This document shows, in pieces, positions 40,226 through 41,169 of a stretch of DNA of 41,169 bases. How positions within the stretch are numbered: position 1 is the first letter of the stretch; every line of letters starts with the position of its first letter. A model generated the notes under the pieces. The model did not search any database and was not told the DNA's origin. It worked only from the letters and a program-made list of their open reading frames with translations. The position numbers and the translations under genes were made by a program. This DNA comes from a virus, in the IMG/VR virus record IMGVR_UViG_3300029535_000013. One strand, written 5' to 3'.

Positions 40226-40537
40226 ATGAAATTTACGATGCGAGATAAAATTTGCAAGCTCATCGGCAAGTACAACGAGTTGGAGCAGCAGGCTATGGTT
40301 AATGTCGCTGGAGGTGCATTTCGCACTATGCTCGGCAAGACGCCTACAAAAGAAGAGGAAAACGCTTCGGAGAAGGCCAGCATTTACCACTGGATGCAGG
40401 AGGATTTGAAGCAGCTACTGGAAGAGGACGAAGCCCCGGCAGACCCTTGCAAGACCGCCCCGGCGGGCAAGCGGTGCTCGGAATCAGCGGCACAGGCAGC
40501 TGAGAGAGTCGCAAAGGAGGCGCGGAACAATGGGTGA
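40226..40537 (+). CDS. hypothetical protein
   Basis: ATG lies 6 nt after AAAGGGGTG. 103 aa. Confidence 0.5.
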   Translation: MKFTMRDKICKLIGKYNELEQQAMVNVAGGAFRTMLGKTPTKEEENASEKASIYHWMQEDLKQLLEEDEAPADPCKTAPAGKRCSESAAQAAERVAKEARNNG

Positions 40538-40712
40538 AGTACTATCGATCATCATCGCGTTTGCCGCCCTTCTGGGCATCTCGTGGGGCGTTACCTGCGC
40601 CGCCGTGTGGGCCATCTGCGCATTGATGCACTGGACGTTCACCTGGGCCGCCGGAACGGCGGCGTGGATCGCGCTCTGGCTCCTTGGCAGCTTTGGCAGC
40701 TCTAAGAAGTGA
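40530..40712 (+). CDS. small two-TM membrane protein (paralog of 38723-38920)
   Basis: ISWGVTCAAVWAICALMHWTFTWAAGTAAWIALWLL aligns with the 38723 product through shared SW, W-IC, W-FT, TA-WI and LL positions. Confidence 0.55.
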   Translation: MGEVLSIIIAFAALLGISWGVTCAAVWAICALMHWTFTWAAGTAAWIALWLLGSFGSSKK

Positions 40713-40765
40713 GGCGCTGACCATGCCTGCACAGAAGAAACACACTGATAAGGAAGGTTATGAGC

Positions 40766-41169
40766 ATGAGTGAAAAGATCATCGCCTACAAGGCCATGGA
40801 CAAAAATATGCAGTGCCGTGGCAAGCAGTATGAGGTGGGCAAGACCTACCATGAGGACAAGGCCGACTGCTGCAACGCTGGAATGCACGCCTGCGAGAAC
40901 CCGCTGGATGTGCTGCACTACTACCCGTTGAAGGATGGCCCGCGCTTTTTTGAGGTCGAGTGCGGCGGGAGCGTGGATAAAAGCGTAGAGGACAGTAAGT
41001 TGGCCTGCACTGAGCTGACGGTAAAAGGTGAAGTGAATTTTGCAGGGCTTGTAAAAGCTACGGTGAATGCCGTTTTTAATCGGGTGAAGGGCAAAGAACC
41101 TTTTTCCAGCGGCTATTCCAGCACGGCGGGTTCCAGCGGCAATTCCAGCACGGCGGGTTCCAGCGGCAA
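40766..41169 (+). CDS. N-terminal part of repeat-containing phage protein (continues at nt 3-326)
   Basis: AAGGAAGG lies 8 nt upstream of ATG 40766. Product starts MSEKIIAYKAMDKNMQCRGKQYEVGKTYHEDKADCCNAGMHACENPLDVLHYYP and then enters the SSTAGSSGN repeats. There is no stop before the window end. Confidence 0.7.
   Translation, partial: MSEKIIAYKAMDKNMQCRGKQYEVGKTYHEDKADCCNAGMHACENPLDVLHYYPLKDGPRFFEVECGGSVDKSVEDSKLACTELTVKGEVNFAGLVKATVNAVFNRVKGKEPFSSGYSSTAGSSGNSSTAGSSG
41118..41169 (+). repeat. 52-nt terminal overlap with window start (circular assembly junction)
   Basis: Exact identity to nt 1-52 by direct comparison. Confidence 0.9.

Larger units (their letters stand above)
1..41169. mobile_element. 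Complete circularly closed temperate siphovirus-like phage genome
   Basis: Nt 1-52 are identical to 41118-41169, and the join keeps the ORF from 40766 in frame. Replication, packaging, head, tail, lysis and lysogeny modules are all present. attP is intact and there are no flanking host genes. Confidence 0.85.

Overview
The window is one complete temperate siphovirus-type phage genome of about 41.1 kb, assembled as a circle. Nt 1-52 are identical to 41118-41169, and joining them keeps a gene in frame. It is GC-rich, and the gene families look like those of a Clostridia-type Firmicute host (inference only). Genes are on the + strand unless noted.

**Gene order**
- **Early and replication genes (0.3-8.4 kb):** Rad52-like annealing protein, SSB, a DnaD-type replisome organiser with internal iteron-like repeats, ASCH protein, RusA, a Lar-like protein and a DUF1492/sigma-region-4-like regulator.
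- **Structured RNA region (8.38-9.22 kb):** 840 bp with no convincing ORF, holding a canonical tRNA-Trp and three aberrant tRNA-like elements.
- **Packaging and head genes:** ParB-fused DNA methyltransferase, TerS (apparently starting at ATT), TerL, portal, MuF-like protein, an AT-rich two-gene insertion, tRNA-Thr(UGU), scaffold and major capsid protein.
- **Tail genes:** connector proteins, major tail protein, G/G-T chaperone with a TTTTTTG -1 slippery site, tape measure, Dit, Tal, and a mosaic low-GC receptor-binding protein with a deacetylase-like domain.
- **Lysis genes:** a signal-peptide GH25 endolysin and two holin-like proteins.
- **Accessory island (28.5-33.8 kb):** two divergent operons fired from a mirror-symmetric promoter/operator.
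- **attP:** the 3' half of a tRNA-Thr(UGU).
- **Lysogeny module:** integrase (-), an Ltp-type superinfection-exclusion gene, the CI/Cro switch and an antirepressor.

**Best candidate for something undescribed:** the accessory island. Its left operon encodes a very acidic small protein, a duplicated zinc-finger DNA-binding-like protein and a protein with a ribbon-helix-helix tail. Its right operon has seven genes encoding Q/N/G/P-rich, Cys-rich and membrane proteins plus a BclA-C-terminal-domain-like protein.

**Limits:** all family assignments come from motif recognition by eye. No searches, folding programs or tRNA scanners were run.
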